DNA from: Basidiobolus meristosporus CBS 931.73
Lineage: Eukaryota > Fungi > Basidiobolomycota
DNA: 64,000 bases
NCBI GenBank assembly: GCA_002104905.1
Contig: MCFE01000322.1
Span: forward strand, 1 to 64,000
Direction: 5' to 3'
Shown: positions 10,899-23,232 of the stretch, one piece after another
Layout of the letters: each line of letters starts with the position of its first letter
How positions within the stretch are numbered: position 1 is the stretch's first letter
The notes under the pieces: generated by a model
Seen by the model: the letters and a program-made list of their open reading frames with translations, nothing else
What the model was told of the DNA's origin: nothing
Database searches by the model: none
Made by a program: the position numbers and the translations under genes

Positions 10899-12001
10899 CT
10901 AGTCTCCATGTATGGGGATCTGCTGCATCCTGGAATGTTTTAAGCAGTGCATGAGCATGTTGTTCAGAACAGCAGCAATTCGATAACCAGCCATGGCGAC
11001 TTGTTGCTCAACCACCGGCGCATGATCTAGGTAGTAATCCTCACTGAAGTCCATTGATTTGGGAGCATCATGATCAATCCACATACTTCCACAATTCAGT
11101 TGGCTTGCTTGCAGTGCCCAGGAATGGGGACACAGAAGCCACTGGGCAGTAGGGCTATTTCTGTCACCTCCACAGTCTAGCCATTCATCCCTTAGACTTT
11201 TATAAGCACCCCACTTAATACTGGCGATGATATGATCCCGGAATGCCCCAACACTATTATTGAACATGGTAGAAATCCTTTTCTCAAGGATTTTGGAGTC
11301 CCAAACGTCTAAACCTAGTTAGAATGACCAATCCATTCGGAAGTCCAGTTGCAACATACTCACAGTGAAAATCCACGGTGGTGTTCTCCCAAGTAACATA
11401 CTCATCAACCCCACCGCGGCTTCTTCCGCAGAAGTGAAGGGGCTGGCTGACATCCCCGACCAAATGGGCAACGAATCTCACGGCATCCTGGTTTTCCTGT
11501 TTCCGTTGCGCACTGTAGCAACCAATCTGGTTGCTAAAGTTGGTTAAGGCACCCACAATGCACCAGTCGTTAGGACAATCCCTCGTGTAGGAGAAATCGC
11601 AGCTCCCTAAGGACCGAAAGCATTAGCCCCTCCTCAGTGCGCCGCTGGGAAGTTCGTACCTGGAGGTTGGCTGGCCGGAGAAGCGAAATGTAGGTCTCCA
11701 CTCCAAAGATAATATGGTGAATCTTTGTCGTACTTCACTTGATCTGGAGGTATACCGCATTATGTTCAAACCTCTTGACGAATACCTCTGGCACGCATAC
11801 AATACCTGGCCAAGACGCGACAGCTTCTAACTTTCCTTCGCTCTCGGGTGGAAGTATGCTTGCTAGTTGGTCTTTGGCGACTGAGTTTAAGAATCTGTCA
11901 GCTATAGCACCTGTTAGTCGATGCCCCACTCTTCCCCAGGCGCTGGTCTTCGCGATAACCGTAGATAGTATCCACACCACACTCCATATATATTTAAGCA
12001 T
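10899..12001 (-). CDS. Secreted S1/P1 nuclease (3 introns)
   Basis: Signal peptide then WGRVGH, ASWPD, LHF, CxxxxxRDC...C, HLVGDVSQPLH, HxVWDS, QVAMAGYRIAAVLN. Introns near 11748-11809, 11608-11660 and 11309-11363. Confidence 0.95.
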
Positions 12002-12187
12002 TCTGGCTTGGCTCTTCAAGAAACCCACATCCATTCTATCTTCCCTTGACACTCACATGACTCGTGCGATATCCCCTCTGCATGGGGTGATGTAAGCGTT
12101 TATTACACTGATACAAAATTACTGACAATTGCCGTGAAGTCAAATTAAGTCTTCATTCTGATCAGCAATGCTGAGCAACTATGCGGT

Positions 12188-14988
12188 CTATTCATCCAGC
12201 AGTGGGAATATGCTCTCTTCCCAGGAGTCACCTCGGTTTGTGGGTGGATCAATTGGATGCCGATTCTCAAAAATAGGGCTACATCCAAAATGATCCCACA
12301 CATTAAACGCATTCCCCGTAGCCTGGATCAGTTGCTCGTTGTTACCATAGCTTGGCGAGGAATTTGCCGGTGATTTATGCGCAACTCTAGATAGTGAGCT
12401 CCGCTGGACTATTAGCTCCGGGCTTTTTCTAAGACAGAAAACCGTATCTTGTAAGAAATATCCCTTGCTTGGTGAGATGAAACCTACACTACCTATGTCT
12501 AATGTCAATATTCTCAGGGCTAGAGTCGGAGCTTATCCGTTGCTTTTTGTGATTGGACTTCTCGCTTGAGATCTCTTCCTCCGTCGTTGATTCTTGCCCG
12601 TTCTGGTCTTTAAATATAACTTAGTCACTACACCAAACCGATGATTACTCAACGAAGTACTTGTCAGGAAGCGCATGCAGCTAAACGGCAAGTAGGATTT
12701 GAAGAATACCCCCCAGTATTTGGAGGACTAGTATATGCATCATTAATAACATGACGAGCTGTATGGGTCGCAGGTGAACTGTATGAATGTGAATATACCT
12801 CGAATTTTGAAAACTGCCTCCGTCGAACGGTAAACTCGTTGATGCGATTATGAAATTCAACTGAAGGGGAGATCTTAGCAAGGTCTTGAAGGAGAACGTC
12901 ATGCTCGGCTTGAAGCGGGCGAAATCCTCTGACTTCAATGTCCTCCTTCAGCAACACATTAGACAAATACTCTGATCTATCTGACTCCACTGTGTTTTTC
13001 GCATGGTATAGGAACTCATCCCACTGTTGAAAGAATTCCTCCATTGTTTCGGATTCTTCTTTGGAAAACTGGGGAATCACGTGTGTGTATGTGTGAAGAT
13101 TGTTTATCAGCCACCGGAGGCCGAGCCGGAGACTAGGAAGCAACCGCCTGATATGAAACGGGATGTCGAAGGGAGTGGCTTTCCAGGATCTGTTGCTGAT
13201 CGAAAGAAAAAGGATGAACACCTCAATATTGAAAAAGAACAGGTAGTCCTCAGCAGCTCCAGTGCTCTTCTTGAGGTCTCCTGTAGAAGCCCTTTTTCCG
13301 TGGAGGTCTTGGATACGTAGGCAGTACATCAATACAAGACATCATAGCATGGACATCTATTTGGAAAAGGAATTACCTCTCGCACCACTCAAATGCAAAC
13401 CAATAATATTAATAACGGTAATTTTCAGAATCTGGTCAGGAGATAGGCTTCGACTTTCAATACAGTCTTTAAGGTCGGCCGCAAAAGAGGACTTCAAAGG
13501 ATCGAATGCTGTGGCCATGTAACTAAATGTAGAGTTAGAACCACGAAATAGTTGGGCTTTTTTGCTTAGAGGATATTACTTAGATTCTGTGAAAGCCAAG
13601 CCATGTAAAACAATTAGATTCTCGATCAGCCTGTCAAATATAGATTCGCTGAATGGCGTGGAGCTATCAGCATTGCTTCGTCGGAAATATGCCTTAAGCG
13701 CTTTGTTAAACAAAAGCATCACATTATCTCTCGATGTAGGAAAAGGCTCCAAAGTAGTTAAGCTGGGTAGGAAACAGATTTCAATAAATATATATCAGGG
13801 TACTCGAGGTTGCTATGTTACCTTCTAAAATAATGATAAATCGCTGAGAGTTTGTCGCCGGAATAAGTATGGATAACAGCAAGTTGGTTATGAGAATTCC
13901 CTGCAATTCCCCCAAGATATGTTGTCATTAATCGCAATAAACACTAAGTCAGTTATCCAAAGGGAAATACCATTGTCAGGATTACAATTCAAAGCTTCTT
14001 GATAGTAGCTGATTGCGATAGACCAATTCCTAATCACTCTGTTGCTTTGCATTTCGTAATATCGAGCTTGGATTTGGAAGGCTTCAGTACAACGTAGCAT
14101 GCCAACATATGCTGTAAACCCTACCGAGATCTCCTAGGTATATTAAACATCTGAAGTAGCTCAGACGCGCTTTAGCTGTGATATCCTCAGTTTCTGTATT
14201 TTGGTTGGCTTCTGCTTGCTGCAATTTGAGTAACTAGCGAATTTGTGATGCTGAAGTGAGTTTCTTACCCAAGTCATGGTATGAACAGCATAGAGGATAT
14301 ATACGGTAGCGTTCTGCAATCTTGGCCTTGAAACCGGAGTAAAATTCGATAGCTTCTCTTAGAGCCTGACGATAGGAACGCCTGACAGCTCTGTACTGTT
14401 TCTTTTTCGATTTGATTTCCGACTGCGAAAACTACAGACAAGAACCCAAGACAAAGCAAACTAATAAACAGCGATTCAAGCTTATACTGAAGGGGCCTAT
14501 CAAAATTTACAGCCTGGTGGGTATGGCTGAGAGAACTAACCGATTTTAACCGCCTTTTATATTCTTCAAATACTCTGTAAAAGGCACTTTTCCACAGTTT
14601 TCCTTCGACGTCTTTACTATGAGCATACGCCAGATCTCTAAAAATGATCTCAAGGTATCTATCTCTTATTCTAATGAGCGGAAAAAAGTCGTATGAATAC
14701 ACCTCACGTAGGAACCAGCAAGCCTCTATTCGGGCTTTGATTCCGTTGCTTTCTCCTGCAATCTGAATAATAACGTACTACCTAACTCGCAAACTCTCGG
14801 CCTGCTCTGATACGGGCCCTGAAGAGGCAATAATACTGCGGGATTCTTTCTCGAGTTCAAGAACTGATCTTTGATATGAATCGAAAAATTCATCAGTGGA
14901 AGAACCGATGGGTAATTTATCAAACAACATACTTCAGAAGGTTGTTGGCTTGTGTAGACTTCTTTGTCCTTGGAATAAATGTTCCCAT
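12188..14988 (-). CDS. EST1/SMG7 (Ebs1)-family TPR-like protein, multi-exon; 3' end uncertain
   Basis: RDRYLEIIFRDLAYAHSKDVEGKLWKSAFYRVFE, NWSIAISYYQEALNCNPDNG and LLKEDIEVRGFRPL are EST1/EST1_DNA_bind motifs. No PIN domain is visible. Start ATG 14988 was inferred by splicing. Confidence 0.8.
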
Positions 14989-15699
14989 GATATTGAAAGC
15001 TTTATTCTCCAATATGGTGTCTTATATTTACAACAACGGTATCTATGTGATTGTTATTATTGTCAAAATATCTGCATTACGCTTCAGCAAATCAAAAAAC
15101 ACCAACGATTTTGGTGGTGGATTCTTCGCCAGCTCCCAGCGGCTGGCATCTCAGCTAATGTAGTATGTATGCTAGGTGATTAGCTATAATTCTTGGTACA
15201 TGACTAAATGCGTTCACATCACATGGATCTTTGGAATGTCTGCACCAAGAGTCACAAGCTATTGAGTCATATAAAGGACTGGATCTAAACACTCATTGGA
15301 CTGCTCATTCAATGGGCAATTGAAGGTGGAGCAGAATGATTCCATATACACGATTCACCCATAGCTTCGAAATAGCCGTAATCTCAAGCGATGAGAGCGA
15401 AACTGGGTGGTATCATTCGAACTGTAAAATAGTGATGATTAATTCGATATGTAATTGGGATATATATGGGAGGTTTCTCAATCAGCTTTGATAATCTACA
15501 ATCGCTGTAGGCAGCATGAGAAATTCATTTTGGTGGAGACAGTGATACTCTGCCATACCTCAACAAAATATCGCTGATTGCAATCAAGTACCTACCAAAC
15601 TGAAAACACGGTAGTATCAGCGGTACTAGAGTATTTATCGAGATTCATTTTCAACACCGCACTGAATTTTCCCAAGCTATCACTTCTCAGAGCGGACAC

Positions 15700-16421
15700 A
15701 TGCGCTTGTCGAAACGTTTTGTGTATTCCGGAATTGCAACGGTAGTTACTGCTGCTGTTGTGACCGGGGCTTGGTGGTGGTATTCTTCCGATTCTTCGGA
15801 TGATGAGAGCTCAGATGCTGAAATAACCGATTCTTTGAACGTAGGTCTTGTTCTATGGTTGGTGCCTAGATTTCTTATTAATCCTATCTTTGAACACAGT
15901 CCGGAGGCCCCGCTGGGCACCCTATCCACAAGCCCAGATTGACTCTATCCGGAAACGAGGTAGGTCTAAATCCCCAGCTCCATCTGAGGAAACAACTAAT
16001 TTACTCTCTATCCATGAAGTTACTGTTTGATCGTGAGCTACACATACTCCCAGAGAGTTGGAAATATTTAGACAAACTTCGACATCAATTTGATGTGTAT
16101 CTCATTCTCACAGTCCAGGACCAAGAACAAGCGGACAGTATCAAGAATGAACTTCAGCACGCAAATTTCTTTAGCTTACTTGATATCCAAAAGTTACTTT
16201 TCAGTCAGACCACCGAAGGGCGAGGGCATATGGTTCGCCATATTGAGCCATATATTCATATAGACTCTGATATAGCAATCGTAGAGAAGGTAGCCCCATT
16301 CATCCCGAGATGTATTTATCTTGATCAAAATGCTTCAGCTCTTGTGGAGACCGAGGCAGTGTTTAAGCGAAACAATGTGGAGCATCTGCAACGATTGGCG
16401 GATTCTTCCCTTCTAAAGTGA
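15700..16421 (+). CDS. PEX22: PEX22-like peroxisomal membrane anchor (plant-type C-terminal domain)
   Basis: N-terminal TM (IATVVTAAVVTGAWWW), acidic linker, then KLLFSQTTEGRGHMVRHIEPYIHIDSD, resembling the plant PEX22 motif KVLFCSTEIGRTSFVRQLEPDWHID (recalled). 1-2 introns. Confidence 0.65.
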
Positions 16422-17138
16422 GCCATTTTGTGGTGCCCGGATGTGTTTTTCTCTTCTTGATTCTATATTTTCGTCATATCAAGATCACTCCACATTTCGC
16501 CTGGTGGTGGGCCAGCATGAGCCATGTTGACCATTTTCCTGACTTCGATACCTAACCAGACTAGCTCTGTTCTGTGTACTCTAGCCGAAGAGATTGGAAG
16601 CCAGGAGTTCTAGCATTTTACTTTGATAACATACAGTACAAATCCACATTTTCAATAAACACTCCCTTACAAACTTCATTGTTTTCATCGGAAAGGTGGG
16701 CGGTGGGTTCTCCGGAATCAGTGCCCTCTTTTCGAAGTCGAAAGTTGATGTTGAAGCATCCTAATGGCTATAAACATATTCTGAACGCCTGTTGTCCATC
16801 TTGTTCGCCGATGCCGACAATTTGGTGTATGCTATGAATCTTTGTTTTTGAAAGAATCATGCCCCAGAAAGGCGGCCAACCTGTATTGTGGGTAAATATC
16901 ATGTATATTGGGAAGCCGAAAATTTCATTGCTGGTGTATAGATGGGGTCCAGCAGGTTTTCTATACCCTGATCTGGTATCATTCCACTTGGCGATCCGGA
17001 ATATGATTACAGTTTCACATTAATAAATAACTGCTTGGGCTGCTTGCTCAAGCATATAGCCATAGCCAATCCAATATTCATTCCCTGTTTCCATAGTTAT
17101 TCTGAGGAAGCCTATTTCTTGTTTCATCAAACACGACC

Positions 17139-18531
17139 ATGGCTTACATAACGCGTATGCCAAGGGTACTTCGGCTTCCAACGTCGCTGAAGTACGTGTT
17201 AGCCTTTACCGGAGTAGCTACTCTTTCTGGGTTAACTTTGGTTTATTTGCTCCAATGTAAGCTCATTTATCCAGCCAACTTTCCCTCAGGTTCCAGAAAA
17301 AAGGTTAGTTTCGTTAGAATGCCTCAACTGAAGATACTAAAGCGCTCTATGGCTCCATCTTACACAACTCGAACTTGCTTAGGTTGATTATCCCTCATTG
17401 TATGACATGGATAATTACGAGGAGGTGATTTTGGCAACGCCGGATGGCGAAGAGCTCCAGGCATATCTTATAACACAGGAAACAGAGGATATAACCCGCA
17501 AGGCCCCCACTCTATTGTACCTACACGTGATGTCCATATTTTCCTTCAATATACGTTACTAGACGAAATATTAACTCTGGCATCTCTTCTATAGGCCAAC
17601 GCTGGAAATATGGTACTTGTTTTGTCGAATACCTCATCAAGTGAGCGATAAGCCTGGTAAACCCAATCTAAGTCTTTGCATGGGTTATTTTAGGGTCATA
17701 GATTACCAATTGCCAAAAGATTCTACCAGCGTTTCCAATGTAATATCTTGATGTTGTCATATAGAGGGTAGGGTGAACGTTGAGAGCTCATTCACTGCAT
17801 ATCGCCTATTGACGCTGTGATTACAGATATGGATTCAGCACCGGAAGCCCAAGTGAAAGTGGACTGCGTATAGATGCACAGGTTTTTATTCACAAGTTTC
17901 GAGTTGGTAGCGAAGACATATTTACATAGAGTAGACTGCTCTGGATTACATCTTGGAGCATCCTCTGCTAAGAGATACCAAAATTGTAGTATATGGACAA
18001 TCCATCGGAGGAGCAGTGGCCGTGGATTTGGTAGCAAGAAACGAGGCCAAAGTAAAAACCTTGGCTGTATTGGATGACAGACTCGAAAATAACAATCTTC
18101 AATTGTAGGTGAATGCCCTGATGATTGAGAATACATTTCTAAGCATAGTAAATGAGGTTCACTACACCATTGGCTTGAGTATTGCCTTACTGATGCATGT
18201 TGTATCGAAATAGCCGAAGCTTATCCCTCACCTATTCCCGTTCCTGGGCCTCTTCACGTTCCTATGCCATCAAAAGTGGCAAACGGAGGAAATCATCTCG
18301 GAAATCCGGAGAACGCCGGTGCTGTTTCTCTCCGGAGTACGGGACGAATTGGTTCCCCCACAGCATATGAAGATTTTGCATGCGAAGACTTTGACCACTG
18401 GTGGAAAGTATTTCAATGAATTCAACGCCCATCACAACGATACCTGCCTGTCCGCCGGTTATTTTGAGGTCATCGATGATTTTTGGGCTCGTTGCATAGA
18501 AAAAAAAGTTCGTCGTCCATTTTCTTCCTAG
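17139..18531 (+). CDS. bem46: BEM46/ABHD13 alpha/beta hydrolase, multi-exon
   Basis: N-terminal TM + LIYP, YLHANAGNMGHRLPIA, MLSYRGYG, YGQSIGGAVA (Ser), SGVRDELVP (Asp), AHHNDT (His). Confidence 0.93.
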
Positions 18532-19147
18532 TAGAAACCAATGTATGTTTGTAAAGGAAACCTGATCAACGGGGCTCTCCGCCCTTATGAGTTTTTTTGA
18601 AGGAGCAATATGATATTGCCTAGTTCCAGTAAAGCCCTATGTTAACATTAGTATGCCTTTATGGATGGAAAGCGAGCTGCTCGTGAGTATGTCATTTACA
18701 CTGGAATTCATGATGCATAGACTGAGGAATATCCTCCACGGCGAAATATGCCTGGACCCACATGCCATGAACTTAGGCAGGCAATAGGAGAGATATCAGC
18801 CCAAGCACGTCTCCCTACAGAAGTAACTTGTACCATTCTCCGCAACTCATCTTGACAGCATCCAGGCATATCGAGATCAAACAGCTCTTTGTGAATATGC
18901 TTAATACCCAAGTTCATGGCATTTCGGCGATGAATGGTCTTGAAGTCATTGTTCTCAGGCCCTCAGAATGCTGACCACTACTTTAAATCCATTTGCTTCC
19001 AAAATTAAGTACATAAATAGGGGGTTTCATTCGATGTAGTCCGTTGGAATGGAAAATGGTACATGGTGGGATATGGGGGTAGATACCAAATTCCGCCAAA
19101 ACTTGACCACATGTGCCACTGGAGGATTCTAAGGGAAAGCACTCGAT

Positions 19148-20400
19148 CTAATTATATGTGAAGTACAGAAGCTTGTCCTGATTGATATGGCCAATCTGTT
19201 TGCGGAATCTAATGCTTGCCTCAAACTCTGTGCATCCGTTGGAAACTTTGATCACGGGGGAAGGAGTACACTCGCCTATGACAGTTGAATTCAAGTCCAA
19301 CTTGTCATATGAGTTGGCGAACTTTCCATGATGCTTCTTGGCATACTCCATTTGCGAGTAATAGAGTTGCATCAATGCAAATCGCGTATAGACACTGGGA
19401 TCCTTGACGTAGGGTTTGTAAGTGTTTGTAGTATCCCTAAACATTATGCTACCCCATAGCTCTGGATTATTAGGGTCGTTTGAATACTGTGGTGTCCAGG
19501 AGAATTGGAACCTGGCGCCCACTTCATGGCGTTTCTGGAGCGACTGACCGTTGCTTGCGTTACTGGGGTTGACCCCGAATAAAAAGTAGCTCGGCGATGT
19601 ATTGCCGGTTGGCTGTGGAGCCAAAGTAACTATTCCTCTTGGGGGGAAACCAGTTCTTAAGAATTGGAAGTTCATATAGGAGGGGATCCCCATGGTTCCT
19701 CGCTTTTGGAGTGTTTTGGGGCTCAACTTGGCTAGCGGAATCTGCCACTCCAGCGACCAATATCCACCCTCCACTGGCTTCCAATTCGGATCATTTATCT
19801 CCCCATTGACGAAGATCTTGTACTTGAAGTCATCACCCAGGTCCCACAGTCGTTCGGTCCCATTTTGACTGGGTGATTTATCTAGTATAACAGATTTGTA
19901 GAGGCCAAGTGCGTTCATCTGTAGTACCTTGTAGTTCTGATTAGAACGATCATAATCCAAATATAGCCGAAAATCGTTATCCTGGTATGCTGCATAAAGA
20001 TTAGGAAGGAGAGTCATCTCGTCAGATACAGCATTTACATTCAGAGACCCATAAGATAAGACGTACGTTTACCAACCACCGGCTTCTCAGTGCTAGCTCG
20101 AATCATTGGATCGTGCATCACCGCACCCACATATAGATACTCATCATCCCACATCGTCTTCACTCGCGTACTAATGGAAGGCGGAGGGGAAGGTCCGTCA
20201 GACCCCTGGATATTTCCAAAGTAGTCTGTCCACGGAACTTTATCCCACGCTTCATCATCTAACACCCCGTCCAGAACAATCGGTTGAGTCGAGCGATACG
20301 ACACATGGGACTTTGGAAGTGGAATATCGCACTCGCAGGCCCAAGTACTCGGAAAGCATGTCCAAAATAAACCGAATCCCAAAGTGGCGGTTAACTTCAT
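19148..20400 (-). CDS. Secreted carbohydrate-binding family 9-like (DOMON-fold) protein, paralog 1; intron 19990-20066
   Basis: Signal peptide; LDGVLDDEAWDKVPWTDYF, TRVKTMWDDEYLYVG, DNDF, QMNALG, WSLEWQIP, PELWG, ALMQLYYSQ. These match the bacterial CBM9-like family as recalled. Confidence 0.85.
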
Positions 20401-22013
20401 GATTGACAAAGGAACAGATGACTATGACTATGTCTAGGAGCGCGTATATGGATGCCAAGCTGTGTTTCACTGCCGAAAGAGAGAGAACTATCCAGGGTGG
20501 AAGAAGGATGAGATATGTGATAGACTGGGAACTTGTGCAATATAAGAACGAAACACCTTTTATCTAGCTTGATGTTTGAAATATGAAACAGCCTTTAGGT
20601 AGGATCGCGTATTGTACCTTTGATGTTAGCGCCGGAAAGGAGATTATCTCCGTAGGAATAATCCGCCCTGTGTCGAAACAACATGGAATCTACCGATTGG
20701 ATATAATCTCGTAAAGATCGCTCGTTGCCAATGTAGCGGATCCTCACACATGGGCTTGAATTTGGCCGTTGGTTTGCGCGCGATACAATGGACAAGGTGA
20801 GTAGGCTCAATGAAACCCAGCATCTGTCGTTCAGTTGCAGGTCTGGCTCGATCAATGAATATGAGTGGCCACGTCTGAAGCTCACATACTTTGCGAGGTA
20901 CAATTACATCACAATACGTTTAACCCGTCGCATTCTTCCACTGGGTAGCCAAGACATCACATTCCGAAGGAGCACTAGGGCAATGGATAGAGCCCACGTA
21001 AAACATACACTATTAGATATATATATCTATATTTACTAGCATCTCTCCTTGTAAGGCTGCATTTCTCGGCAGTAACTTCCATACATGTTCCTAAACAGCC
21101 GAGCAATGAAGAGTTAATCACAACCGCAACACCGCTGGGCCTCATTTTATGGTGAACACCTAACTATTGCTTACTCGGTCCCTGGGTAGCCTGAATTGGT
21201 GATTACCAATACATTCATGGCATTGAGTCGCAACTATGTTGTCGCTTCAGTATGCAATATCCCCCGGATACCCGAATCAGCTTACAAATGATACCAATGC
21301 TAGGATAGGCGTCAGAATGCACCCATTGTTGGATTCAACTTTGGAAAGAGACCCGACGTATTGATCACTTGCGCACTTTCCAGAAGCTCTCCAGGACAAC
21401 CGTATTTCCTTTAGAGGTAAGAGCTTGGACTGTACATGGTCTTCCATATCCGGATAATCAGCACCAAATCCCCTTTCCACATCGACCCCATTATCTCTGC
21501 TTTAGTCAAATAGCCAGTCACAACCTTTATGGGCCCCATCCTCAAAGCATTTTCCCATGCCCCAGTCTTCCAGATCCCAATCTAGATCAGGGTTATGATA
21601 TCCAGGTCTATTGTTGGTTTGGGCCGGCTGAATCAAGTACGAGACGGACTTGATTTATCGGATGTCATATCGAAATAGGAACGCATTCCTTGTTTGGCAA
21701 TAATACGGGAAGCGCACTCTAAACCACAATGAGTTGGATCAGAAATAAGATTCTCAACCAATGTCTGAACTTTATTGTTAATCGTCAATAAGGAGAGGGG
21801 AGGTAGACTAATCGCTGTTGTGATCATCAATCCAAGCGAACTCCTCAACCGGGTAACAGAATCACTCGTGTTTGGCGATGTATTGGTTATGCACAAATGC
21901 TTTATGAAATAACAAAGTTGGGTCTCCATTCATCTGACATTGTTGCAAGTTCGTAATCGCGGAAAATTCATCGAAAATGCACACTTCCGAGCAAATGCTG
22001 CATTGTTGATTGC

Positions 22014-23232
22014 TTAGTTATAGGTGAAGCTCAGTAATTTATCCTGGTTGATATGACCGGTCTGGTTGCGATATTTGATGGATGCCGTGAATTGAGTGCA
22101 ATTGTTGAAGACCTTGATTTTAGGGGTGGGTGTACATTTTCCGATAACCTTGGAATCGATACCAAGTGCGGCGTAGGTATTCGCATATAGTCCTTGGTTC
22201 TTTTGAGCATACGCCATCTGTGCATAATACAATTGCATCAGTGCATAGCGTGTGTAATAGACGGGATCCTCGACATAAGGCTTGGAGGTATTGGTAGTTG
22301 GTCTAAACATAACGCTTCCCCAGAGCTCCGGATTATTCGGGTCATTAGAATACTGAGGAGTCCAGGTGAATTGGTATTTCGGGCCAACGTCATGTCGTCG
22401 CAGTAATGTATTAGCATTGACTGGGGCAATTCCAAAGAATAACGAGGCTGTGTTGGTCTGAGGCTGCTGAGGCAGATTTACTACGCTAGAAGCCGGGTAA
22501 CCGCTGCGCAAATACTGCATGTTGGAGTAGGCTGGCACATCATTGGGGCCACGCTTGGTAAGATTCTTGCCACTGAGTTTGCTCAAAGGAATCTGCCATT
22601 CCACTGACCAGTATCCACTATCGACTGGAGCCCAACGTGGATCATTCAATTTACCATTGACATACACCTTGTACTTGAACTCGGATCCCAAGTCCCAGAG
22701 CTTCTCAGTACCATTTTGCGATGGGGATTTATCCAAGATAACCGACTTATAGAGGCCCAAAGCGTTCATCTGTAGTACCTTGTAGTTCTGATTGGAGCGA
22801 TCATAGTCAAGGTACAAACTAATGGTGTTGTCATCAAATGCTGGGATTTGAGATCGTTAGCAAAAAGAATGATTAACGCTACAGCATTGGATACTACATA
22901 CGTTTTCCGACAACTGGCTTTTCAGAGCTAGCTCTGATGATAGGTTCGTGCATCTCCGCACCCACGTAATAGTATTGGTCGTCCCACATCATCTTCACTC
23001 TGGTACTGATCTGCGATGGTGCATCGGGGGCATCTGCTCCGGCGATATTACCGAAGTAATTGGTCCATGGAACCTTCTCCCAAGCCTCATCGTTCACTTT
23101 ACCGTCAAGTATGATCGGTTTGACAGCGCGGTAGGAAACATAGTTTTTGGTGGTTGGTATGTCACAGTCGCAGGCAATTGTGGCAGATACCAGAGCTACC
23201 AATAACGAAGCGGTCAAGTGTGTGAATCGCAT
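22014..23232 (-). CDS. Secreted carbohydrate-binding family 9-like protein, paralog 2; intron 22841-22901
   Basis: Same architecture and same intron position/phase as paralog 1: LDGKVNDEAWEKVPW, TRVKMMWDDQYYYVG, QMNALG, PELWG. Confidence 0.85.

Noticed and set aside
16430-17070. Possible small spliced gene on the minus strand between PEX22 and BEM46
   Set aside because: Intron-like signals exist, but no splice combination gave a recognisable or convincing protein.
20450-21950. ORF fragments between the CBM9-like genes (20595..20903, 21277..21480, 21633..21929)
   Set aside because: Short, stop-interrupted, not similar to the flanking paralogs, no motif.
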